Shown here: positions 47,755-60,379 of the stretch, piece by piece
Numbering within the stretch: the stretch's first letter is position 1
Layout: every line of letters begins with the position of its first letter
From: Convolutriloba macropyga
Taxonomy: Eukaryota
Length of the DNA stretch: 64,000 nt
NCBI RefSeq assembly: GCF_964194025.1
Contig: NC_134470.1
Coordinates: forward strand, 3,472,001-3,536,000
Direction: 5' to 3'
The notes under the pieces: generated by a model
Told to the model about the DNA's origin: nothing
The model's input: the letters and a program-made list of their open reading frames with translations, nothing else
The model's database searches: none
Made by a program: the position numbers and the translations under genes

Positions 47755-49474
47755 TGGCGCTCTAAGTTAGTAGGTAAATAAAAGCTAGTAGGAATTAAGG
47801 TTTAATGAATTTGGTAGTTTGTGATTTGCTAGTTTTCTGGTATTTGCGTAAGTTCATTGAGCAAACAAGAAATGGTGTGCATACTATTTCCTTTACTGAG
47901 TTATCAGAGCATGATATATCGATCTGCTACTCTCTGGTACGGCTTCAGGGTTCCCAATTGCTTCAAACTAAGCGTCTAGAATTTCACCACCCCCCGCAAG
48001 TCTTGAAAACCCTACTTCCTCAAGTCCGATAACCATGAAATTTTAACTGATCACTCTTAGGACAATTCCTTACACATTGAAGAAAACAACGGGCTTTTTC
48101 CGGTACCCAAAACCGTTCTTTTGGCCTTTGAAGTAAAACAAAAAAAATAGATGAAAGGCGAATTTCTTATACTCATTTGAAAGAAACGACACTTTTTCTA
48201 GAGTCAAAACATTTTACCAAGGCGTCGTTCAGAGTGGAAAGTTGAGATAAATTACCTGTCAATTCCAAAGTATTAGCACTGAGACTGTTCTACAAGGGAG
48301 TAAGGGACAGAAAGAGCTAAGGTTTCTTTTTCCTTTTTTTGATGACTCTAAGGAAATGGTTAAAATTTTGTTTAAAACGGAACACTTCTCCAGCCTAAAT
48401 GGGAAACAAAGGTATCATAGTTTAAATTGGATGCGTATCCGTTACTTAGGGAGGAAAAAAAAGCAAGCGCGCGAAAATTTGCACACATATTGCTCAGCAT
48501 GAAACATGGATTGTGCCATATTCTGAAATTATCAAACCGAGTTAAACAAGCAACTCCGGTCATCTCGAACAAACATTCACATAAGAAAGGTGGCATCTTG
48601 TGATTGACCTTCCACGCCCACTATAACACTTAGACGTTAGGTCAGAATGTTCTAAAAGGAACGACACGTTACTTTTTGCTGATAAAAAACTGATCAGGTT
48701 GAGTACCCTTAGGCACAAGAAAAACGCTGAGAGAGAGATTTGCTAATCTGAAAAGCAGTGGTTCGTCAAACAAGTTAGTCATTGTTGAGAGACGAAGTTG
48801 ACACGCGAGTTCAACTTTCTTAGGTAAAAAAGAGTGTTTAAAAACGATTAATCGATCTTTCTGATTAGCTTAAATTACCTTGACTTAGTGGAATCGGGAT
48901 TCTTCCAACTGTTGTAAGTTGTTTATGATTCTTAATTTTGAATAACAGGAGAAAATTTTATTGTGTTCATTAATTCTCTACTTCGTAATTACTTATTCTG
49001 GGGATAACCCTAAGCTTCAATTCATCGGTGCAAAGAATCGATATATACTTGGTTGTTTTAATAACTACATTTCAAAGAATTATTATTTCCATTATTTGGA
49101 AAAGAAATTAATTATTGCGCGCATCAAATTTCTTTTATATACAGCTTTGAGAGAGCACAGTGGACAATAGTCTATACTTAATTGTCAGACGGACTCACTT
49201 TTCTTCGAATAACCTTTAAAACTTGATAGAGTTTTGGGCGCTAGCCGGTCCCCAGCTAGAAGCCTTCTGACGATAAAAAATACAAAATTCTACAATATAT
49301 ATATATGTATATATATAACCGAGGGTTAGGTACGAGTTTACAATAACGCTTTTTTATCCCTTGAGAAGGGTCAATAACCCAAAAAAGATCAGGTTTTTAT
49401 TGGGGCGAGGTTCCAATTTTGAATCGGGTCCTAGTTGCTTTTGGAGAGCTAATAAGCAGTAATCAACACCCCAC

Positions 49475-49705
49475 CTTGATTAGCCAGAATGTCTGCGGCT
49501 AAAGAAAGCTCTTTTGCATCCAGTGGTCGTTGGTTTGGAGTGATAAGAGTCAAATCTACATCTGTCCAGTCAAATGCCAATTCGGAACACGATGAGCCAA
49601 CTAGAGCCACGTCCACGTCTAAAAAATCATTAAGTTTTAGGGATTTTTCTAGCAAACTCAAAAGTGTTGATAAATTCATAGAGAAATAGTTATTAACAAT
49701 TTTTT
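49475..49705 (-). CDS. Probable exon of a terminal nucleotidyltransferase (TENT/TUTase), catalytic NTase motif
   Basis: 'VALVGSSCSELAFDWTDVDLTL' fits the Pol-beta-type hG[GS]x9-13DhDh signature. Acceptor ttttttag at 49706, donor AAG/GTGGGG at 49474, frame open throughout. Confidence 0.7.
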
Positions 49706-50949
49706 CTAAAAAATTAATAAAAAATTAATAATTTTTAATCACTAATTTAAAAAAATCTGAAATAAGCGCCTTTTACTTGACTAATGAACAAAACTAATCT
49801 CAACCGAAAAATGGCACCAAAAGCGTGCTCAACTGAAATAGCTTAATAAATTACTTAAGAAAACAGCTTGTCTTTAGCTTGACGCAAATTTTTTACTCTG
49901 TTCCACCCAATTTGTCATGCAAGACTTTTGTTGCCCTTAAATTATTCTCATTGGAATTCTGTTCGATCCAAATTATCATGCCCGATGTTTGGTTGACTCA
50001 AATTGGTCTCTTTTAGAATTTGGTTCCACACAAAATTTTCAGCTCAAATTTTGCTGGACTAAAAATACTGAGTTACAAAAATTGTGCTTAGCTCTTGTCG
50101 AACCAAGAGTCCAGGAACAGTCTATTTTTTGTCAGTCTGCTTTTTGGCCTCGAAATTCTTGCATGCAAATTTCTTACTCACTAATTCTTAAACTTAATCA
50201 GCAATCAGCAATTATGCTCTTTCATCTGTATTAATTTTCAATTCCGAAAACTACTAATCAATAATTAATCATTTTGAAAGAGAACTCAGCTGAAAAACGC
50301 AACATTTTTATCACGGCTATTGGATTGAAGGCCATTACGCTCGACCGAATGGAAAAAAATTGGATAAATTCTGTCCCGCCCCTTCTAGCCTAGGGGTCAT
50401 ATAACTTTTACAACCCTAGGCGCACGTGCTATTTTAAATAGAAACGTGCTATGCTACAATATATAAACTGTATTTGGCTGGCATCAAAAAAAATTTTTTT
50501 TGTGGGGGGGGGGCGAAGCAGAATGAGTCCAAAAAATTTGTCCACTATATCTAACCCTTCAAACGTTATCGCGATATGGGAAAAAGTTTAATCTTTCACA
50601 TACAACAATTTGAAAGTATTTGACTTCTATGACAGAAGTTTTTTATTGATTGGGCGCAGAAATGATCACGCTAGGGGTCTGTCAAGTCATGGCCAGAAGT
50701 TAAATATTTGGGCTTGTCCTTGAGTTTTTTTCCCCAATTGAAATCCTGTTTAGCGAGGTGACCTCAGTCTAGAACTCGACCCATGAAAAGACCATTACAG
50801 ACCACAAATGGTATGAATAGACCATGATGGAGTCAAAACAGTTTAAAAAGTCTAGATCTGGAGTTCAAATGTCCCCGGACGACAGTAGATAACAACGAAG
50901 AGTAATCAGAATGGCATCCCAAAAATAGAAAAACAAGTTTGTTGTCGTG

Positions 50950-51770
50950 ACACTTGATTGATACAGTACTCAACTCTCGGATCCAGGAAAAAATGTGTGT
51001 ATTTGGCTTTTTTCTTTTTATGAGATCAAGAAGATTTATTTCCTATTTGACAGCGCAAACATCTGATAAAAACGAGTATGTTAGGCGTACTTTTTTGGAA
51101 AGGAATTTCCCTCGCTTAAAGGATCTCAGTAGCCTTGACATTAGTTTTCGGTTGAGATCTTTTGCAAAATTTGGTTTTTCACATTACCAAGAGGCGCCTC
51201 AATTGATGATCTGTACATATTGTACTTTCTGCAAGCTAGTGAACCGTTTTTATGTGGTGAATTGTCTCTACAGCAGAGCAATGATTAGCAGCAAGTATGA
51301 AGAGAAATGCAGAAAGATGACTGCCTAGCCTAGCTCCATGTTGACGCACAATTGAATTAGAAAATAAGTCATTGACCATAATAATTGCTTTCGTTTCTTC
51401 AAAAACTTGTTCTTATTGCAAATTTTGTATATTCGTCAAATACAATGTTATCAAGAAGAGCGAATGTTTTTATACCGGTCGATTTTGTTGAAAGCTTTTG
51501 AAAAATTAAAGGTTACAATGCATTTAGTTGCTTATGGGCAGTGCAAAAGGTTTTCCATGCTGTATGAGTCTGTCTTCTTCTCAGATAAGCGTGCTGATAT
51601 TGACCTGCTACCTCTTCGGGAATCATTAAAAATTCTTGCGAATAAGATGTGTAATAAGTTTCTTAGATCATTGTTTAGCAAGCTGATATTACTAAAATTA
51701 TCAACAGATATTGGATTTTCTTTTCGGGTAGAAGTTTCAAGATTTGTTGTTCAAGCAATTTGTTGATTTT
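50950..51770 (-). mobile_element. Highly degenerate L1/Tx1-like LINE reverse-transcriptase fragment
   Basis: Manual minus-strand translation gives KENPISVDNFSNISLLNNDLRNLLHILFARI, NFSKAFNKIDRY and HGARLGSHLSAFLFILA in the order of the RT motifs RPISLLNxD, DFxKAFD and GVRQGxPLSPxLF. Confidence 0.7.
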
Positions 51771-52315
51771 CTGGAACTATTTCTTTTACACTATTATTGA
51801 AAACCTTTTGACGCTTTGGAGTAATCTCTTCTTTTATTATCTTGCGAAATATTTATTTCATACCATTTGGTTCCTGAGAGCTCACTGTATTTAACTTTCA
51901 TTTGCTTTTATTAATTCTTCACTTTAGTGATTTGCGCCTTCTGTTGTAGAGAGTAAACAAAAATATGTTTAGCTTAATTAAGAAAAATATTCATAAATAT
52001 AGATGTTCCTGCATAATGTTTTCGGCCTTCATGATTTGGGTCAAAGTCTCATCTTTGTTTAGTAATACACAAATACCGAAAAAATATTTTAAATTTTTTT
52101 TTGTAATGGCCGCTTATTGAATACTGAGAAACGAGAAAGTGGTTCTTACTCGCAGAAATACAATTACAGCATGAGAACATAAATAATATTTCTGCTTCCT
52201 ACAATCGGAAACATGAATAAAATTTCTTATCGCTCCTTAAAAAATGTCTTGTAAATACATCTTGTGCATGGGTGTACTTGTTGTTTTTTCTAGTCTTGTT
52301 GTTGTTGTTTACTAC

Positions 52316-52430
52316 CTTGGAATTGTTGTTTGAACTCCCTCTTGAGAGCAGCTGCCAGACCCTGTTTGAGAGCAAATACTGGCCCACTCTGTCTGTATGT
52401 GGACACTAAGTCCTTCAGTTCATTCGTCAT
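52316..52430 (-). CDS. Candidate upstream exon, possibly of the TENT-like gene
   Basis: ggtgccag/ATG...MTNELKDLVSTYRQSGPVFALKQGLAAALKREFKQQFQ G/GTAGTA. Its phase-1 end joins in frame to the exon at 49705. Confidence 0.45.
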
Positions 52431-52612
52431 CTGGCACCAAAAAATAAACACTCAAATTGTTAATGATCTGAAAATTTTTTTTCAATTAAACAGTTGTATC
52501 AAATAGCTTTCAATTTGTATTGATAATAAATTAAAGTCCCGAACCGAAATGATCGATATTTACGTCAAAAATAAACGACTTAAGGAATATAACCAAAAAT
52601 GAAAATATAACC

Positions 52613-52858
52613 AGATGGTTAAACATATAAACCGTCTCTCATAAATTGATGGTAGTTAAATAAATCTGTAAATATAGTATTACATATTCGATGCAAAATT
52701 ATTTCATCATTTTGTTTTTTGCATTAGAGATTAAAATGATGAAATTTTAAAAAAAGACTTTACAATGATAAATTTAAATTTCGTCGAATACAAATACATT
52801 TACAGATTTATTGAAGTACTATCAACTTATTGGAGAAGATGTAAATATTGAACCATCT
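52613..52858. repeat. Degenerate inverted repeat (old MITE-like foldback)
   Basis: agatggtt...ttgatggtagttaaataaatctgtaaat pairs with atttacagatttattgaagtactatcaa...aaccatct. Confidence 0.6.
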
Positions 52859-54835
52859 TTTCTAATTCTTTATGTTTGGAATCCAAAAAAATCTGAATAT
52901 CTCAGGCAGAACTAATCTCTGATTAGAGTATCCCAAACCAAAATGCTGTCTGATTAACGTATCCCAGAAATTTAAATTATCTATGATCACGGCATCCGAG
53001 ATCAGAGCGTACTCGGATCGATTTTCGCTGGACGGCCGCTATTTAATTCAAGCTGCCGCTATTTTGTTCCATTACTGATCAAGTTAACATGTGACCAGAC
53101 TTCCATGACAAAATTTTCCAGGCAGAAATTTGGGCGTATCTTATCAGATTGATGTTTTTGCATTTTAAATTTTTATTTATAAATTTTATCTTATGTAAGC
53201 TATACGCTCTAAAAACATAGCTGATGGAAAGAGGGTTGTTTGAGCTATACCTTCTAGTTCCTTTCAACCGCGATGTATCCGTTTTTCGACAACTAGTTTA
53301 TCCGAAGAAATCAATATTCCTTAAGTTTTGTTTCAAAAAGTTGCCTATTGGTAATACGGTAATACTATAGTATATCTCTGCATTCCGTTTTTGAAAACAA
53401 CCCGGAGAAAAGTAACACCTAATTTTAGGTAGGACCAGAACAACAAAGAAAAAATTTCACCCTCAAAGTAAACCACCGCATGTCTCTCAAAAGGCTTCTT
53501 TTTATTTGGCTCATTTGGTCACTCCTTGCGACCCATTGGACTCCACTATCACAACCGAATAAATTAGTAGGGCCGAATTTCATCTTAAATACGGTGGTTT
53601 ATTTCTGTGGAGGTTTATTTCAGTGGGGTTATATTGCCGTGAGGGTTTTTTCGTATAATGGTTTTTTCGTGGGTTTTCAGTTTCTAGATCATTTTTGTAT
53701 CCACATAACGAAATGAGAAAAATTAATAGTAACAAATTCACAGAACTAAACCTGGGTACAATTTTTTTTATTGAAATAGAGTTCAATTTAGAATCAATTA
53801 TCAAATGGAAATTATCAAATGGAAATTATTTAGAATCAATTAACTACTTGGAAAATGATTTCTCGTTTTCTCACCACTGCAACCATTTCATGGAATAGCT
53901 TTATTGTTTGCAAGGATTTTGTTTTTTTTTTGCAAAAAGTTAAGAGTTGTTGAAAAAAGTTTAGGACCTTTTCCATCCCTCTCCCGTATATTGCGGTATA
54001 TTATGCAAACCCCATAGTACAGAACACGTGTTGTTGCATTATTAGCAAGTGGTAAATCATTATGAAAAAATATGACACGTGCGCTTTGAGTTTGTATGTA
54101 GCAGGGGGGGGGGGGCGCAGACGGAAACGCGTCAGTGCCTTTTGATCGATTGCTAAGAGAATGGGGCCACCTCGCGATAGGTTCCCTAATTGACAAGACC
54201 GAACATAAACAACAAAAAAATTTCCAAGAAATCTTCGATATGTTTGGTTTTAAACGTATTCGGCATTTTCGAGTCCGAATGTAGGAAAGATTCGGTATTG
54301 TCGTTTTTAGACGCAAGAGAGATTCTTTAAGTCCGGTTTTAGAAGATTCGGTTTGTTCAATATTTAACCGTAAGAGATTGTTGGTATGTTTTGTATTTAA
54401 ACACAAGACATTGTCGGTATGTTTAGTGTTTAAACGTGAGAGGTCTGTTCGGAGACCTCAAATTTTTGGTTTTTCCATTGAAAGTTTTGATTTTACTGTT
54501 TATAATGTAGTGAAACGTTATGATAGCCTTCTTTTTGCAGGAATTTTAAACGTTCTTTAAACTTAGAAAAATTCGGGAAAAATGTGCACAATAATTGAAA
54601 TTTCTTTAGCTGGTTCTCAAAATTAATTGAACGACTAAAAACTCCTTGGTTGATTTCAAAACTAATTGAACGACTAAAAAGTCCTTGGTTGATTGTGAAT
54701 TCAAAAATGTAACATAATTGTTGAACCTTGAAGAGAATGCTGTTGGTTAATTCACATTCACTGAATTTTGGCATATTTTTTAAAAAATTTTTGACGGTTG
54801 ATTACGCTTGACACTGAACAAGCCGACCGTTAAAA

Positions 54836-54950
54836 GAGATTCGTTATTGATGAGAGAAGTACCAAGAAATTCTCTCTTCTGAGTTTTAATCTGCGGTTAA
54901 AACCCAGAAGATAGAATTTTGTGGTATTTCTCTCAACAATACCGAATCTC
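54836..54950. repeat. Long hairpin with ~54-bp arms and 7-nt loop, inside a larger foldback array (~54230-55075)
   Basis: gagattcgttattgatgagagaagtaccaagaaattctctcttctgagttttaa-tctgcgg-ttaaaacccagaagatagaattttgtggtatttctctcaacaataccgaatctc. Confidence 0.85.
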
Positions 54951-55541
54951 TAACGTTTAAAAAACAACGATACCGAATCTTGCTTATGTTAAATAACAAA
55001 CAAAAACCATGATGCCAACTTAAAAAATCGTGTTAACTTTTATCGTTTTTGGCTAGAAAAACGACGATGCCGACTATTTCTTCAGTTTAAAAACCGAAAA
55101 TTTCGCGAATAGGGTTATGCTGAAAATCAGAATTGTTGATAAAAATAGCATTTGCTTGATAGGCCGAATTCTTAATTTATGTATTATAAATGTAATGATA
55201 CACGTCTTTTGACACGATATTATATCTGATAATAGAACTATTGCGTTTTTGAAAAAGTTCTTTGTTAGACTGTGTCTCAACATTTAACAGATTGCTGTTC
55301 CTTTGTTCATTTAATTAGACATTAACAGCGAAGTTTAACATGTGAACTAACCATATCGAAGTTTCGGTCATTTCCATACATGGCTTTTATTCTCCAATTG
55401 ACAGGTGCTTTCTTCCCTTTCTTCCCTCTTTTCTTCCCCTTTTTCCCTTTCTTTCCTTGCTTTCCTGAAAAAAGAATTTAAATTTTTAGTTTAAATTATT
55501 GTGAAATATTTAAGGGCTTTCTCCATAATAACCCCCCCTTC

Positions 55542-55680
55542 NNNNNNNNNNNNNNNNNNNNNNNNNNNNNNNNNNNNNNNNNNNNNNNNNNNNNNNNNNN
55601 NNNNNNNNNNNNNNNNNNNNNNNNNNNNNNNNNNNNNNNNNNNNNNNNNNNNNNNNNNNNNNNNNNNNNNNNNNNNNNNN
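55542..55680. other. Assembly gap (139 N)
   Basis: Run of N. Confidence 1.
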
Positions 55681-58600
55681 AACACCCTATGAGAGAATGA
55701 ATAAATACAAGAAGAAAGTTGTTCTAAAAAACCTATTCGATGGCAAATGACATCTGAAATCTGACTTTTTATGTTCCTGCACTTTGATTATATCTTGCGT
55801 TTTGCAAAATTCTAAAAAAAATTAAAATCGCTTTCGTTTAACTATGTTGACTGGCATGAAAATATCTACTCATTAACATTTTAAAGTTGCTGTTTTTTTA
55901 GAAATTGTTCAGCCAAAATCTTAAGATCTTTAGTCAATCTTAAAAATCTTAAGCCAAATAAACAATTAAATGCAAATTTATCGACATGAGAAACAAATAT
56001 TCTTGATTGCTTATATTATAATTAAATTCTTGAATGAATTTGCAACAAACTCATTACGATCTTTAGATGGACAGGTGTTCAAAACCGAAATTTAATTTTA
56101 TTACTAGCTAACCTTTTCTCCCTTTTCTGCTTTTTTTGGAGGTCATACTTTTCGTACCTCCTCCTTTTTTCCCTTTATTTCCCATTCTGTTCAAACAATA
56201 ATTTTAATAACTGTGCAACTTTTTAAGCTAAGACATCATACTAATTTTGAAAAAAAAACATTATATTCTAAAAGAATTATTATTCTACGCAAGCATCAAA
56301 GATTTATTGTATCAAATTTTGATTGTTGTTTTTAACTCGCGCTCGAATTTGCAAAAAGTATGTATGCAATGTTGTATTAGTAAGTATTACACGTTATAAG
56401 CGTAAAAATATATTAAACAACAAAACATGCACAAAGTTATCAGTTTAAATCAGATGAGCAGTTCAAATAGTCAGTCCAAAAACTTTGAACAGAAATTTGA
56501 ACAATAAATTGATTTAAAAAAGGTTGTTTATCAACAACAACAACAACAACAATCTAGTCAACGATGAACGATTATTTCAAAAGATGTTAAATTAAGAGAC
56601 CAAAAATCCTTGTAAAAAGATGCTTCGAAATTTTTTGCAGCATAAATTGATCATTCAACTAAACTGAGCATGTTCGAGCATGATCAGCAAAAGAAAAGAG
56701 AAAAAGTTTCCACAATTTCTATTTGTACAAATACACAATTTAAAATTTTGACGAAAAAAAAAATACATTTATGTTTCCCAAAATGAGCGTTTAAACGCAT
56801 CATTACGCGGCCCAAATACGAAAAGCAGATATCAAAAAATTACCAAAATATTAACGTTTTCTGGAAACGAGTGACAATACTTTGTAATCGTTTTTCATTT
56901 CGTGTAACATTTTACACGCTGTAAATTACTGTCTCGAAATCTGTCGATATTTTTATTATATGGTGGAAATACAAAGCACTTTGTAGCAAGTAATCATAGA
57001 TAAATGTACCCAATCTCAAGTAGGTTAAGTGAATTTGAGTTATGCTTTACGTTTAGCCCAAGCAATTTACAATAAACAATTTGCTTATGCTCGTGCGAAT
57101 CTGTGTGTAGCACAAAATGTTCCAAAATACCACGCAAGGTTGCAAAAGGAACTTATAAAATCTGTCAGCAAAACCGTTGTGGGTATTCGAAACCAATTTA
57201 TATCCATCGGAGAAAATTACTTGTAGTGTTTGATCCAAATAATAAACCGCCTTCTTTTGGCAGAAAAAACGAAAAATTTTCACATTCTAGAAAAATAAGT
57301 GTAGTTCAATTTGAAACAGATAGACTTTTTTCTGGACTTAGCTAAGGCCGCAATTTGTAGCAAATATAGGGTAAGTTTTCTAAATTTCATGTTTCAATTT
57401 TTAACATTTTAAGCAACCAACCCGCTCAAACTAGCTTCCTAATTCTTTCTATCACTTACAAACATACCACACACATTACATAAACTCACACAAATGCGTA
57501 CTTTCAGACAAGCACACACACAAACACCCACAAACACAAATAGAAGTGAATACACCAAAAAAACTTACATTTTTTTTGGTGTTTGATCTTTGTTCAAGTC
57601 CACCACCGTTCGTAAAAGTTCTGATTCGTTTCCAGTAAAACCAAGCGTGGACTTCGTGGACCAAGCTTTTCGAAAATTTTCGTCTTTTTTGATGTTTTAT
57701 GAGAATAATGGGTCAACTTGTTCTTCTAAAATCTCGTAGATGATTTATTATAAAAATGGAAACCTAGATTTATGGTTTTTTGAAGCGGACATTTAAAACC
57801 TCAATTAGTAGCAAAAATAAGGTGGATTTCTGACAGTTTTTGCTAATTGCCTCTATTTGTCTCTAACATTTGAAAAAGCTATTTCTCTCAGAACTACTCT
57901 CTTTATCTTTGTCTATCTTACGAACACATACCACGCAGTTTAATTGCGCACAGACATTTGTACACCCACACAAGCAGATACACACCGTCACTGAAATTCA
58001 AACCTGGACACCAAAAAGAAACAATTTTAAGAGCTCCTCTCAAGCACCTGTGTTTTACCTAAGTCTCGTCACAATTGAAATAAGACTAAACTAATTTTTG
58101 AAAATTAAGGTGTGCGCTTCTTGAGGCTTTGTTTTATCGGCAATCATTTTAAAAAAGCTTTGCTTTAACGAAATATTAAATTTCAATAATTATTTTGATA
58201 ACTGAAATGAAAAGAGAACTCCTATTTCCTCTAGCAGAAGCAAAGTTTGTTCATATGAGTTTCACAATAAAACAATTTTGGTTCCGTAACAAACATAATG
58301 TCACAAAGACACGAAAATATCAGTTTATAAGTTGGAAGAGCAATTTCAAAAAGGAAAGAAAAATAATTTTCTTATAATTTTCGAAAATAATATGTATAAC
58401 ATTTTGATTAAATAATTAAACCTGGCGATTCTCAACTCTTAAATTCTTCCCTACTTCACGTTTCTAGAGGGGAATAATTCGAACAATCTTTTCTGACAAT
58501 ATAAAGAATTCAAACATACAAAAAATATATAAGAAAAGTTTTCCATCTTTAATTTTCAGTTATGATTTTGCTTGATTTGACGTTCATTCCTTGAGACTGG

Positions 58601-60379
58601 TGTTTTACGTCTCTAAAGTTTTGAGACTTATGAGATGGTTAGCAGCGTTGAAGACGAAGACTTCTGGGGAAAATTACTCAATTTCAACATCATTCTTCCG
58701 CCTTATTTCACATTCTCAAAATTGATTTTTGCAATTTTGGGTGATCTAATTGCCTTCGATTTTCCATAAAAAATTTTTAATACAGAGAAAACGCTGTTCA
58801 AACATTTTCTCTATAACCATCAGAATACATATAGACGGCTAAAAATGTTTTTTAAACTAATTTTTAGATAATAGGACAAACTAATTGATATTTTTTGGAA
58901 ATTTTTGGTTAATGAATCTATATTATTTATTTTTAGTCTTAAAACTGTAAGGCAATAGCATTACTGGTACCAAATCTCCATTTAAAATCTAACTAAATTC
59001 ACATCAATGTCTGCCGTTGGTTTTATCCTCAGTTTCAACGAAGACCTGTGACCCCCTGCACCCATACCCCGAGTAAAAAGTGTTTTCCTTAAGTGTCCTT
59101 AAGTGTTCCTTAAATTTTCCATCTTTTCTTCGAATATTAGAGATTCCCCCTTTTCAACTCTTTGATAAATTATTAAATAAATCAAAACTAGATCCTGAGG
59201 GCTACAGAATGGTGTCTTTCTTTTTTCTCTACGGTGCGTAAACAAAAGGTTAAAGCTTGACTGAAGAAAAAACCCGGCTCCCAAATATATCCCCCATTTT
59301 TGAAAAAATATTGGAACAGTAAAAGATAAAAAATAGTCTGGGATAAATTTCGCAGATATATTTAGTAATTATTTATTAATAGTTAGAGCGTTAATTAATA
59401 TAATTTTTCAGTTCAATGGTTATAATGGCTGTAGCTTGTAGTTGTCAAAAAACGTCTAATTTAACTTAAAAATAGACAAATATCAAATATTATGGCTGTT
59501 AGTAACGTGTTTTGGCTTTTCCTATAGTTTTTTGCTAGCATAGAATATAGAATAATAGTATATTTTACATTTTTGCTTTATTTCAATTCTCCTGTAGTCA
59601 AGAGAAGCAGTAAAAAAATAGAATAATCACCAGAGTAACCATTTCAACCTCGATAAAAGTTGGATGGTTAAGGGCGCTGCGGAGATATTTCTGAAAATCA
59701 TCTCAACTAAATTTTACAACTCTATGTTGCTGGGAATGTTTCTGAGTTAGATAATTCTGATAGTTGGAAAAAACCTATTTCTTTTGTGGCTGCTCCATTA
59801 CAGAACATTATCAGTTGACGAGTGACGAGGAAACATTTAGTTATAGAACAACTTTTTGCTCGAATTCCTGCAATACAATTCTGATTGTTGATTCATTATT
59901 ATCTCCACAGAGTTTTTATGACGCCAGTTGTAAATTATCCGGTTTTTTATAGCACTTTACTATATACCAAAACAAAACCTGCGTCTGCGGGAACTAAAAG
60001 AATAATTCGAAATTTCAACTTAAATTCTCGAAATAAGCGCATTTCGAGTTAAAACCAATTAAACTGCATAGGTAAATATTCGAAGCAATTTGAATTATTT
60101 GTATAATGTTTTTCTTTGCCGTTTGTTCCATGTCAAATTGACTGACAGAATTTTCGAATTGCTCTATGGAATTAACAACTTAGCAGCATTATTTAGATAA
60201 CTAATCATCATAAACGTCCTTCGCTCATATTTTTATTGCAACAGGATTTCGAATTTAGCATCCTCCAACTTCTCATCATAAGTTCAACGGATTGGATTAT
60301 TTTCCCTCCGTTAACAATGGCTTGTTTTGGGTTTCCAAAACTTCTCTAAAATATAGCCAATTGAGTTTGAATCAATTAG

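Larger units (their letters stand above)
34521..49294 (+). mobile_element. Env-bearing complex Ty3/Gypsy endogenous retrovirus-like element (element B), 5'-truncated and degenerate
   Basis: LTR remnant, PBS, gag, PR-RT-RH-IN, env, extra ORFs, PPT and a 3' LTR ending AAATTCTACA in a (TA)n flank. Confidence 0.93.
45909..49294 (+). repeat. Inferred 3' LTR of element B (~3.4 kb)
   Basis: Begins TGTAGAATTT after the PPT and ends AAATTCTACA (perfect 10-bp inverted termini). Only 48711-49294 can be confirmed by homology because the 5' LTR is truncated. Confidence 0.65.

Noticed and set aside
48583-48610. Alternative 3' LTR start at TGTGATTG (48599) after AAGAAAGGTGGCATCT
   Set aside because: The purine tract is interrupted and not adjacent to TG, and the terminus has little complementarity to the LTR end. 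45909 fits much better. Disfavoured rather than excluded.
50954-51328. Plus-strand ORF with BIR-like words (RLRSF, AKFGF, CTYC)
   Set aside because: Spacing does not fit a BIR domain, and the opposite strand carries ordered LINE RT motifs, so this is a shadow ORF.
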